Shown here: one piece after another, positions 29,234 through 37,569 of the stretch
Numbering within the stretch: the first letter of the stretch is position 1
Layout: each line of letters starts with the position of its first letter
Assembly: GCA_015067715.1 (NCBI GenBank)
Contig: SVLY01000007.1
Location: 1,729 to 65,728, forward strand
Origin: Oscillospiraceae bacterium
GTDB taxonomy: Bacteria > Bacillota > Clostridia > Oscillospirales > QAMX01
Reading direction: 5' to 3'
DNA length: 64,000 bases
Program-made: the position numbers and the translations under genes
Notes under the pieces: model-generated
What the model was told of the DNA's origin: nothing
The model's input: only the letters and a program-made list of their open reading frames with translations
The model's database searches: none

Positions 29234-31783
29234 ATGAAAAAGATAAAATACTTGAATAAAATTGTTTCGGCGGCACTTGTTCTGGTGCTGGTTTTAGGTC
29301 TTGCCCTGCCTACCTTTGCAACGGGAGTGCTGATAAGCTCCGACCCCAGCGGCGGAAGCTGTACCGTGGGCGAAAGTGCGCCCACGCTGACGGTATCTGC
29401 CGCGCCTGCCTCCGGCGGCGTGCTGACCTATCAGTGGTACGACGCCTACGGCGCGCCCATTCCCGGGGCGACCGGGGCAAGCTTTGCTCCCCCCAGCAAC
29501 ACCGCAGGTGAGTTTGGCTATTACGTCGTCGTAACCGAGAGCGTTGAGGGCACTGTTGTCGCATCCGACACCAGCAACCTTGCAACCGTTAAGGTTACCA
29601 GGGACGCCGAAAAGCCCAAGATCACCGCAAACCCCTCCAGCGCCTCCTGCACCGTGGGCCAGACCGTCACCCTCTACGCCAACGCAGAGGTTGCAACGGG
29701 TACGCTTTCCTACCGCTGGTTCTGTTACACCTCCGAGAGCGCCGTGGGCGGCGCAACTGAGATCTACACCGCAAGCTCTCCCTCCTATTCTCCCCCCACG
29801 GACAAGGCGAGCTCCGTTTACTACTACTGCCGCATAACCAATACCGACCCCACCGCCAACGGCGAGACCAAGGTCAGCGTTAACACCTCCACCGCTCTGG
29901 TCACCGTCCGCAACAGCGGCGACGCGGAAGCCCCGGTGATCTATTCCCAGCCCGCGCCCCTTGACGCTACCATCGGGGACGAGGCTCAGATATCCGTAGG
30001 CGCCACCGTTTCCGACGGCGGCGACATAAGCTACCAGTGGTACAGCTGTCTGGACCAGGCGGGCTCCGAGGCCGTCCCCATCGAGGGCGAGACCACGGCC
30101 TATTTCCGCCCCTCCACCGACGAAGAGACCACCATGTACGTCTACTGTGAGCTCACAAATACCAACACCACCGTCACCGGAAGCCAGACCGCCACCGCAC
30201 TTTCCGACGTCGTTCTCTTCCGCGTCAGAAAGCCGGACATCGTGGGCGCCGTTTGGGACGGCGGCTCTTCCGGCAGATTTGCCGGGGGCAGAGGTACCGA
30301 GGGAGACCCCTTTGTGATCGAAACCGCAGGTCAGCTTGGCTATTTTTCGGAGTTCGTACAGGGTGAGGAAGGTCTTTCCGACAGATATTTTGCCCTGGGC
30401 GAGGATATCATATTAAACGACGGCCAGACCGAAAACCTCTGGATCCCCGTTGATTTTGAAGGCGTTTTCGACGGCCGAGGCCACAGCATCACCGGTCTTA
30501 AGGTTGAAAACGCAGACTGCGCCGGTCTTTTCGGCCACGTTAAGAATTCCCGTATTTATAACCTTTCCGTTTCCGGCGAGGTCAGCGGCAAGGCCGCAGG
30601 CGGCATTTGCGGAGCGGCGGAAAACAGCGTTATCGAAAACTCTCTGTTCACCGGAAGCGTTTCCGGCTCGGTCTGCTCCGGCGGCATCGTCGGAACGGTC
30701 TTTGGGGGCGCTGTGACCAACTGTCTCTCCCCCGGAATGAGCGCTGCCGGCGCCGAGGCAGGATATGCCCTTACGGATATGTCCTTTGACAGCGCGGAGG
30801 GCATGACTGTGCTCTCAAAACGGGCAAGGGCAAAGGCCGGGCTTGCTCTCTGGACGGTGGATGCCAATGGTGTTCCCGGGCTTACCGCCCAGCTCTCCGC
30901 CGGCGACGATGAGGACGTTTTCTGCGGCGACCTTTCCGCCCAGTCCGGCATCTCCGGCTCCAACGCCATTGCCCAGCTCTCTGCGCGGGGCACCCTCAGC
31001 GGAGATAACCTCAGCCTTTGGGTTGACCCGGCTGAGCTCTCCGTACTCATGGCAGAGGTCGGAAAGCTCAAGGCAGAAAACGGAAGCCTTTCCATTTACG
31101 TTTACATCGACTGCGGCGACGCCGTGCTTTGGGGTGGCGAGACCGGAGTTGAGCTGATACTCAGCGAAAAAGAGACCGAGCTTCTCTCCTGCGCCGGTTC
31201 GGTCTGGGAAAGCTCAATTGAGAACGGCGTTCCCACCTGGCGCCAGGCAGTTGCCGGTGAGGGAACCGCCCTTACCGCAGACCTTGGGGATATCAACGCA
31301 ACCTGGAGCGCCAAGTCCCTCTCCGAGGCCGTCGGCGCCGGTATAATCCACGCCGAGTTCACCTCTGCCGGCAAGAACGAGCTTGCGGCAGTTGACCTGG
31401 GCGGCTATACCAATGGCACCTGGCGCGTAAAGGCAGAGTCCTTTGGCACCCGCACCGAGCTTGCGGCGGTGATCATCACCTCCGGCGGCTTCTCCAGATA
31501 CACCGTTGCCGTGAACTCCGGCGGCTTTGCGGAGTTTACCGTTAAGGGTTTCAGCGGCGACTACCTCTTCTTTGACAGGGACGGTGTTCCCCAGGAATTC
31601 ATCGAGATCGAAGAGGAAGAGCCTCCCGCAGTTGAAGACCCCGAAGCTCCCGTCGATCCCACAAAGCCCGTGCCCAAAAAGGGCGCAACGGCCATGGTTG
31701 CCGTCTGTGCCGTGGCGGTCTCCGTTGGCGGAGCTCTGATCTACGGAATGGTGAGCGGCGGTCTTGGCAAAAAGAAAAAATAA
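29234..31783 (+). CDS. cell-surface protein with three Ig-like repeats, GLUG-type repeats and C-terminal TM anchor
   Basis: Signal peptide MKKIKYLNKIVSAALVLVLVLGLALPTFA. Three ~95-aa repeats (SCTVG...YQWY/YRWF...Y[YV]C). Also CAGLFG / GGICG / GGIVG repeats and a C-terminal helix ending in KKKK. Confidence 0.7.
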   Translation: MKKIKYLNKIVSAALVLVLVLGLALPTFATGVLISSDPSGGSCTVGESAPTLTVSAAPASGGVLTYQWYDAYGAPIPGATGASFAPPSNTAGEFGYYVVVTESVEGTVVASDTSNLATVKVTRDAEKPKITANPSSASCTVGQTVTLYANAEVATGTLSYRWFCYTSESAVGGATEIYTASSPSYSPPTDKASSVYYYCRITNTDPTANGETKVSVNTSTALVTVRNSGDAEAPVIYSQPAPLDATIGDEAQISVGATVSDGGDISYQWYSCLDQAGSEAVPIEGETTAYFRPSTDEETTMYVYCELTNTNTTVTGSQTATALSDVVLFRVRKPDIVGAVWDGGSSGRFAGGRGTEGDPFVIETAGQLGYFSEFVQGEEGLSDRYFALGEDIILNDGQTENLWIPVDFEGVFDGRGHSITGLKVENADCAGLFGHVKNSRIYNLSVSGEVSGKAAGGICGAAENSVIENSLFTGSVSGSVCSGGIVGTVFGGAVTNCLSPGMSAAGAEAGYALTDMSFDSAEGMTVLSKRARAKAGLALWTVDANGVPGLTAQLSAGDDEDVFCGDLSAQSGISGSNAIAQLSARGTLSGDNLSLWVDPAELSVLMAEVGKLKAENGSLSIYVYIDCGDAVLWGGETGVELILSEKETELLSCAGSVWESSIENGVPTWRQAVAGEGTALTADLGDINATWSAKSLSEAVGAGIIHAEFTSAGKNELAAVDLGGYTNGTWRVKAESFGTRTELAAVIITSGGFSRYTVAVNSGGFAEFTVKGFSGDYLFFDRDGVPQEFIEIEEEEPPAVEDPEAPVDPTKPVPKKGATAMVAVCAVAVSVGGALIYGMVSGGLGKKKK

Positions 31784-31839
31784 CCGCATATACTGATGCT
31801 TTGAGATAAGTTTGGATTTGTTGAAAGCGGAGGTTCGAT

Positions 31840-33519
31840 ATGGCAGTTAACAGGGTCAAGAGGTCAAAGTCTCTGGTGGCAGACTTCAACCGCAAAGCGG
31901 AGGAGTTCGTTGCCGGGCTTATGAAGGACTACCGCCCCGCAGACTACGGCGCGGGCAAGGTTATTCACGACTGTGTGTGGGGTACCGTCACGTTTTACCC
32001 CTGGGAGCTGAGGATTATCGACTCTCCGCTTTTGCAGCGCTTAAGGCGGATAAACCAGCTGGGGCTGGCGGAGATGACCTACCCCTCTGCCCAGCATTCC
32101 CGCTTTGAGCATACTCTGGGCGTTGCGGCGGTGCTGTCCAAGATGATATCCAGCATCAACCAGGACGAAAATCTCAGCGCAAGAGAAAACAAACGCCTTA
32201 TCCCGGACGCCAATATTTACAAGCTCCGCATGGCGGCTCTGCTCCACGACGTGGGTCATTGCTTTTTCTCCCACGTTTCAGAATCTGTTTACGGGCTTAT
32301 GCCCGAATTTGATGCATTGCGGGCTCAGAACGCCGTTCTGAGCAAGGCTCAGCCCCACGAGATACTTGGATATACCATAATAAACACGCCCTCCTTCGTG
32401 CATTTTATGGAAGAGAAAAGCGACTATCCCTTTTCTCCCGGCCAGACCGCAGGCGACCTGCTTTCGGACATCGGCCGCATGATAACCGGCGCCTATCTTG
32501 AGCCGGGAACGGACGGAAACACGGGGGAGCTGGTGTGCGACTATTACATGACTCAGCTCATAAACGGGCAGTTCGACGCGGACTCTCTGGACTATCTCCG
32601 CCGGGACAGCTACGCCACCGGTATCGCCCTTTCTTACCACATCGACCGTTTTCTCTACAAGCTCCGCATGGCGGAATACCGCTCCGGAGAAGTCACGGGG
32701 CTCTACCTTACCGTTGCAAGCTCCGGAATCTCCACCGTTGAGGAGATGGTCTTCAGCAAGCTCCAGCTCACTCGCCATATCTACCGCCACCAGAAGGTCA
32801 TGGCAACGGAGTCGCTTATCGCGGACGTTGTTGAGGGGCTTCAGAGCAACGGAAGACTGAAGTCTCCCTGCGATTTTCTCTACTGGTGCGACGGGGATAT
32901 TCTCGGTCTTGCCGGGGCAGAGGATCCGGGACGGAGAATGGCTTTGAGCGACGGGAGGATCCGCCCGGATTCGGAGCTGACCCTGTCGGACGTGGTGGGG
33001 GACATTATGGACCGCCGCCTGCCCAAAAAGGCTCTTGTTATCAACTACGGCAACGTATACAGCGTTGCGGGGAGGACCAAGCCCGAGCTGGTGATATCCC
33101 GCCTTGTGGATACGCTGAGAAGCATTCAGGACATACGGGGCGAGGTTCTGGCTGAGGCAAACCGGCTGCTGGACGTCCTTGGAAGAGACAGGATAGAGCT
33201 TTACCACGTCCACGCCGTTGTGCCAAGACTGAAAATGTCAAAGGATTTCACAGACTCTCTGGTTGCGACCAACGAGGGCCGGCTGGTGCCGCTGTCTGAG
33301 ATAGTTGACTTAAACGACTGGGCGGGAGCCTTTGCAAACCACAGCTGGAACGCCTACGTTTACGCCGGACGGGAACTTCCCGTGGTCAGCCTTGCGGCAA
33401 TACGGGTGTTTTCCCGCTACGGTATTGAGTTCGACCGGGATAAGCTCTTCGTCGCGCTGAAGGCCACCGACGAGATACTGAAGACCGAAGCCTGCCTTGA
33501 GGCTTTGGGAGAGCTCTGA
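31840..33519 (+). CDS. HD domain-containing protein, SAMHD1/COG1078-like putative dNTP triphosphohydrolase
   Basis: RFEHTLGV, LLHDVGHCFFSH, and DADSLDYLRRDS. Confidence 0.75.
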   Translation: MAVNRVKRSKSLVADFNRKAEEFVAGLMKDYRPADYGAGKVIHDCVWGTVTFYPWELRIIDSPLLQRLRRINQLGLAEMTYPSAQHSRFEHTLGVAAVLSKMISSINQDENLSARENKRLIPDANIYKLRMAALLHDVGHCFFSHVSESVYGLMPEFDALRAQNAVLSKAQPHEILGYTIINTPSFVHFMEEKSDYPFSPGQTAGDLLSDIGRMITGAYLEPGTDGNTGELVCDYYMTQLINGQFDADSLDYLRRDSYATGIALSYHIDRFLYKLRMAEYRSGEVTGLYLTVASSGISTVEEMVFSKLQLTRHIYRHQKVMATESLIADVVEGLQSNGRLKSPCDFLYWCDGDILGLAGAEDPGRRMALSDGRIRPDSELTLSDVVGDIMDRRLPKKALVINYGNVYSVAGRTKPELVISRLVDTLRSIQDIRGEVLAEANRLLDVLGRDRIELYHVHAVVPRLKMSKDFTDSLVATNEGRLVPLSEIVDLNDWAGAFANHSWNAYVYAGRELPVVSLAAIRVFSRYGIEFDRDKLFVALKATDEILKTEACLEALGEL

Positions 33520-33542
33520 GCCCTGAAAACACATAAAAAGAA

Positions 33543-33578
33543 CAGACCCGAAGAAATTTTCTTCGGGTCTGAATTTTT
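33543..33578. terminator. bidirectional rho-independent terminator
   Basis: CAGACCCGAAGAAA/TTTCTTCGGGTCTG flanked by A- and T-runs. Confidence 0.85.
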
Positions 33579-33597
33579 GCTTTTGGAGAATAAAGGC

Positions 33598-35664
33598 TTA
33601 GTCCTCGTCCTCGTCCTGCATACGGGTCTTGGCCTCTTCGATGATGGAAGCCTGAACCATGGGGGGAGCTTCTTCGTAGCGGATGAAGTCAAGAGTAAAG
33701 GCGCCCCAGCCACGGGTCATGGAACGGAGGTCGTTGGCGTAGGAGTGCATTTCGCTCATGGGGACTTCGGCGGTGATCATCTGCATACCGTCGTCGGTGG
33801 GATCCATGCCAATAACACGGCCGCGGCGCTTGTTCAGGTCGCCGTTGATATCGCCCATGTAGTCGGCGGGAACGATGACCTTAAGCTCGCCGTAAGGCTC
33901 GAGGATGACGGGGTTGGCTCTGGGGAGACCGTCCTTGAAGGCGAGGCGGGCAGCCAGCTTGAAGGAGAGTTCGTTGGAGTCAACGTCGTGGTAAGAACCG
34001 TCGTAAAGAACGGCCTTCAGGTTGACAACGGGGTAGGCAGCAAGAACGCCGCGCTCCATGCACTCACGGAGACCCTTTTCAACTGCCGGGAAGAAGTTCT
34101 TGGGAACGCTGCCGCCAAAGACTTCTTCGGCGAAGGTGAGTCCGTCTTCCTCGCAGGGCTCGAAGCGGATCTTAACGTGACCGAACTGGCCGTGGCCGCC
34201 GGACTGCTTCTTGTGACGGCCTTCGGCCTCGACAGTCTTGCGGATCTTTTCGCGGTAAGCAACTCTGGGAGCAACGAGCTCGATCTCAACACCGAACTTT
34301 GCCTTGAGCTTGGAAACGAGAACGTCCAGATGGGTGACGCCCATACCGGAGATGGTCTGCTGATGGGTCTCGGAGTTGAGGGCGTTTTCGAAAACGGGAT
34401 CCTCGTCGTGGAGACGGGCAAGACCGATGGCGATCTTTTCTTCGGCGGCCTTGTTCTTGGCGATGATGGCCTGGGTGTAGCAGGTGCGGGGGAATGCCAT
34501 GGGCTTGATGACAACATTGGCACCGCCGGCGCAGAGGGTGTCGTTGGTACGGGTGTCGGCAAGCTTTGCAACGGCGCCGAGGTCACCGGCGCAGATCTCG
34601 TTGACTTCGGTGTTCTTCTTGCCGCGGACCATGTAAATTCTGCCGAGCTTTTCGTTGGCGCCGGAAACGGTATTTACAACGGTCATGTCGGGAGTGACCT
34701 TGCCGGAGAGGACCTTGAAGTAGGAGAAGCGGCCGTACTGGTCGGCGACGGTCTTGTAAACGAAGAGAACGGCGTTGCCGTCTTCGGTGATGGCGTATTC
34801 AGCCTCTTCGCCGCCGGCGACGTTGGTCTCCTTGCGGCCCTTGTCGGGGCTGGGAAGGTACTTGACGATGGCGTTAAGCAGGGCCTCGGTGCCAAGACCG
34901 GTCATGGCAGAGCCGCAGAAAACGGGAGCGACCTTGCAGGTTGCAACACCGGCGCTAATGCCGTTGATAAACTCTTCTTCGGTGAACTCTTCGCCGTCGA
35001 AGAACTTCATCATAAGCTCGTCGTCAGTCTCGGCGATGGCTTCGGAAAGGGCGGCGCGCATCTCTTCGATGGTGTCTTCCATGGAAGCGGGAACGGGGAT
35101 CTCGGCGGTCTTGTGGTTGTTGCAGGTGTAGGCCTTTTTGGCGACGATATCAACAACGCCGTTGCCGTCGTCGGTGGGGATGACCACGGGAGCAACGCTG
35201 GAGCCGAAGAGGGCGCGGGCGTCTTCGTAGGTCTTGTAGAAGTCGGCATTGTCCTCGTCCAGCTTGCCGATGTAGAGAACGGCGGGGATACCCTCGGACT
35301 TAAGGGTGCGCCAGGTCTTCTGGGCGCCGACGGAAACGCCGCTCTTGGCGCTCATGACGATGATGCCGGCGTCGGAAACGCGCATTGCCTGAACGGTCTC
35401 ACCAACGAAATCAAAGAAGCCGGGAGCGTCCAGAACGTTTATCTTGCAACCGCCGAAGTCAACGGGGTTGACAGTGGTCTGAATGGAAATTTTGCGGCGG
35501 ATCTCTTCGGGATCGTAGTCGGAAACGGTGTTGCCGTCGGCGGATTTGCCGAGACGGTCGGTGGCCTTGGTCAGGTAAAGGATGCTTTCGGTGAGCGCGG
35601 TCTTACCGTCGCCGCCGTGACCAAGCATGCAGACATTGCGGATCTTAGAGATGGATGTTGCCAT
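33598..35664 (-). CDS. elongation factor G family GTPase (stand-alone paralog)
   Basis: G1 GHGGDGKT, G3 DAPGFFDF, G4 GKLD, and domains II-V. It is not in an rpsL-rpsG-fusA-tuf context. Confidence 0.85.
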   Translation of the reverse strand: MATSISKIRNVCMLGHGGDGKTALTESILYLTKATDRLGKSADGNTVSDYDPEEIRRKISIQTTVNPVDFGGCKINVLDAPGFFDFVGETVQAMRVSDAGIIVMSAKSGVSVGAQKTWRTLKSEGIPAVLYIGKLDEDNADFYKTYEDARALFGSSVAPVVIPTDDGNGVVDIVAKKAYTCNNHKTAEIPVPASMEDTIEEMRAALSEAIAETDDELMMKFFDGEEFTEEEFINGISAGVATCKVAPVFCGSAMTGLGTEALLNAIVKYLPSPDKGRKETNVAGGEEAEYAITEDGNAVLFVYKTVADQYGRFSYFKVLSGKVTPDMTVVNTVSGANEKLGRIYMVRGKKNTEVNEICAGDLGAVAKLADTRTNDTLCAGGANVVIKPMAFPRTCYTQAIIAKNKAAEEKIAIGLARLHDEDPVFENALNSETHQQTISGMGVTHLDVLVSKLKAKFGVEIELVAPRVAYREKIRKTVEAEGRHKKQSGGHGQFGHVKIRFEPCEEDGLTFAEEVFGGSVPKNFFPAVEKGLRECMERGVLAAYPVVNLKAVLYDGSYHDVDSNELSFKLAARLAFKDGLPRANPVILEPYGELKVIVPADYMGDINGDLNKRRGRVIGMDPTDDGMQMITAEVPMSEMHSYANDLRSMTRGWGAFTLDFIRYEEAPPMVQASIIEEAKTRMQDEDED

Positions 35665-35748
35665 TGGTTATTTTCTCTCCTTACGTTTTATGGCTTATCT
35701 TACCGGCCTTTTTGAACTGGGCCGAATTTGTACAGGCTATTACAATAC

Positions 35749-35777
35749 ATTATATAATAAACTCAGGAAAAACGCAA
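35749..35777 (-). promoter_or_regulatory. sigma-A promoter for EF-G paralog
   Basis: Minus strand reads TTGCGT, 17 nt, TATAAT. Confidence 0.6.
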
Positions 35778-35808
35778 CATGGTTTTTATGATTTTTTTAC
35801 AAAAATCC

Positions 35809-37521
35809 TTAGCGAAGGCCTTCCCAGAGCTTTTCAATGCAGTCTTCAACGGCAGAGGCGACGTTTTCGACGGGTACGTTGAGCTTAAAGGACTTGTCTC
35901 TGGCGGCGATCTCCACGGTTCCGTCCTTGGTGAGACCCTTTCCGACCACGATGCGAAGGGGAACGCCCAGAAGGTCGGCGTCGGCAAAGGACACGCCTGC
36001 GGCGGCGCCGCGGTCGTCAAAGATGACCTCGTACTTTTTGCCAAGCTCCTCGTAGAGCTTTTTGGCGGTCTCGTCGATGATGGGATCCTTTCTGCCGCCC
36101 AGGGCGCAGATGTGGATCTGCCAGGGGGCGACGGAGATGGGCCAGATGGGGCCGTAGTCGTCGTGGTGCTCTTCGCAGATGCCGGCAAGAAGTCTGCCCA
36201 CGCCGATGCCGTAGCAGCCCATGATGGGGGTGCGGGCCTTGCCGTCCGCATCGGTATAGGTGTAGCCCATGGAGGCGGAGTACTTGGTGCCAAGCTGGAA
36301 GATATTGCCCATTTCAATGCCGCGCTTGATGTCGGCGGCCTTTCCGCAGACGGGGCAGGCGTCGCCGGTGCGGGCCTTGGCAAGGTCGGAGAACTCGCCG
36401 GCCAGATCGGAGTTGAAGTCAACGCCGGTGAAGTGGTAGTTCTCTTCGTTTGCGCCGCAGATCATGTCGTTCTCGCCTTCGAGAGTGGAGTCGAAATAGA
36501 CGTCGGCGTCGGAGGTGAAGCCCACAGGGCCGATAAAGCCAAAGCAGATGTCGGTATCGCTGTAGTCGGTGAGGGGGAACACGTCGGCTCCCACCTTCTG
36601 GCGGAGCTTGGCCTCGTTGACCTCGTAGTCTCCGCGGATGAACACGACGATGGGCTTTCTGCGGCCTTCAACGGCGAAAACACAGGCCTTTGCGGTGCGG
36701 TCGGGGGTGGTGTTCAGCAGAGCGCAGAGCTCGTCGATGGTCTTGCAGTGGGGGGTGAGTACCTTTTCGGTGGGACGGGACTCGCGGGAGACGTGCTCGC
36801 ACTTGACGGGAGATGCCTCGACGTTGGCGGAGAAGCCGCAGTGGGGGCAGATGACCAGGCTGTCCTCGCCGGAGTCGGAGAGCAGCATGAACTCGTGGGC
36901 GATCTTGCCGCCCATCATGCCGGTGTCGGACTTGACGGAGACGATGCCGGGAAGGCCGGTTCTGGCAAAAATGCGCTCGTAGGCCTTGTGGCAGACGTCG
37001 TAGTAACGGGCGAGATCCTCCTGAGAGGTGTGGAAGGAATAGGCGTCCTTCATGGTGAACTCGCGAACGCGGATAAGGCCGCCGCGGGAGCGGGGCTCGT
37101 CACGGAACTTGGTCTGGATCTGGTAGATCATAAAGGGGAAACGGGTGTAGCTTGTGGCCTCGCTGCGTGCCATATGGACGGAGGCTTCTTCGTGGGTCAT
37201 GCCCAGGAGCATATCGTGACCGGTGCGGTCCTTCATACGGAGAAGCTCGCTGCCAACACTTTCGTATCTTCCGGATTCCTTCCAGAGCTCGGCGGGCATG
37301 ACCACGGGGAAGAGGACCTCCTGGCCGCCGATGGAGTCCATTTCGTCACGGATGATGGCCTCGATCTTGGTGGTTATGCGCTTTGCGGGGGGAAGAAGGC
37401 TGTATATGCCGGATGCCACCTGGCGCATATAACCTCCGCGGAGCATGAAAATATGGCTTGCCATTGAAGCCTCAACGGGTTTTTCGCGATAGCGTTCACC
37501 AATGAGCTGTGAGAGAAGCAT
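35809..37521 (-). CDS. proS: proline--tRNA ligase (bacterial type with editing INS domain)
   Basis: Class II motifs (FRDEPRSRGGLIRVREF, GCYGIGVGR) and 570 aa. Confidence 0.95.
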   Translation of the reverse strand: MLLSQLIGERYREKPVEASMASHIFMLRGGYMRQVASGIYSLLPPAKRITTKIEAIIRDEMDSIGGQEVLFPVVMPAELWKESGRYESVGSELLRMKDRTGHDMLLGMTHEEASVHMARSEATSYTRFPFMIYQIQTKFRDEPRSRGGLIRVREFTMKDAYSFHTSQEDLARYYDVCHKAYERIFARTGLPGIVSVKSDTGMMGGKIAHEFMLLSDSGEDSLVICPHCGFSANVEASPVKCEHVSRESRPTEKVLTPHCKTIDELCALLNTTPDRTAKACVFAVEGRRKPIVVFIRGDYEVNEAKLRQKVGADVFPLTDYSDTDICFGFIGPVGFTSDADVYFDSTLEGENDMICGANEENYHFTGVDFNSDLAGEFSDLAKARTGDACPVCGKAADIKRGIEMGNIFQLGTKYSASMGYTYTDADGKARTPIMGCYGIGVGRLLAGICEEHHDDYGPIWPISVAPWQIHICALGGRKDPIIDETAKKLYEELGKKYEVIFDDRGAAAGVSFADADLLGVPLRIVVGKGLTKDGTVEIAARDKSFKLNVPVENVASAVEDCIEKLWEGLR

Positions 37522-37569
37522 AATATCTCCTTTTATATATGTGTGTTAGAATTTTTTTGTTGTTTGGAT

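Noticed and set aside
37522-37569. T-box leader upstream of proS.
   Set aside because: Only 48 nt separate proS from the preceding gene on the same strand. That leaves no room for a specifier hairpin and antiterminator.
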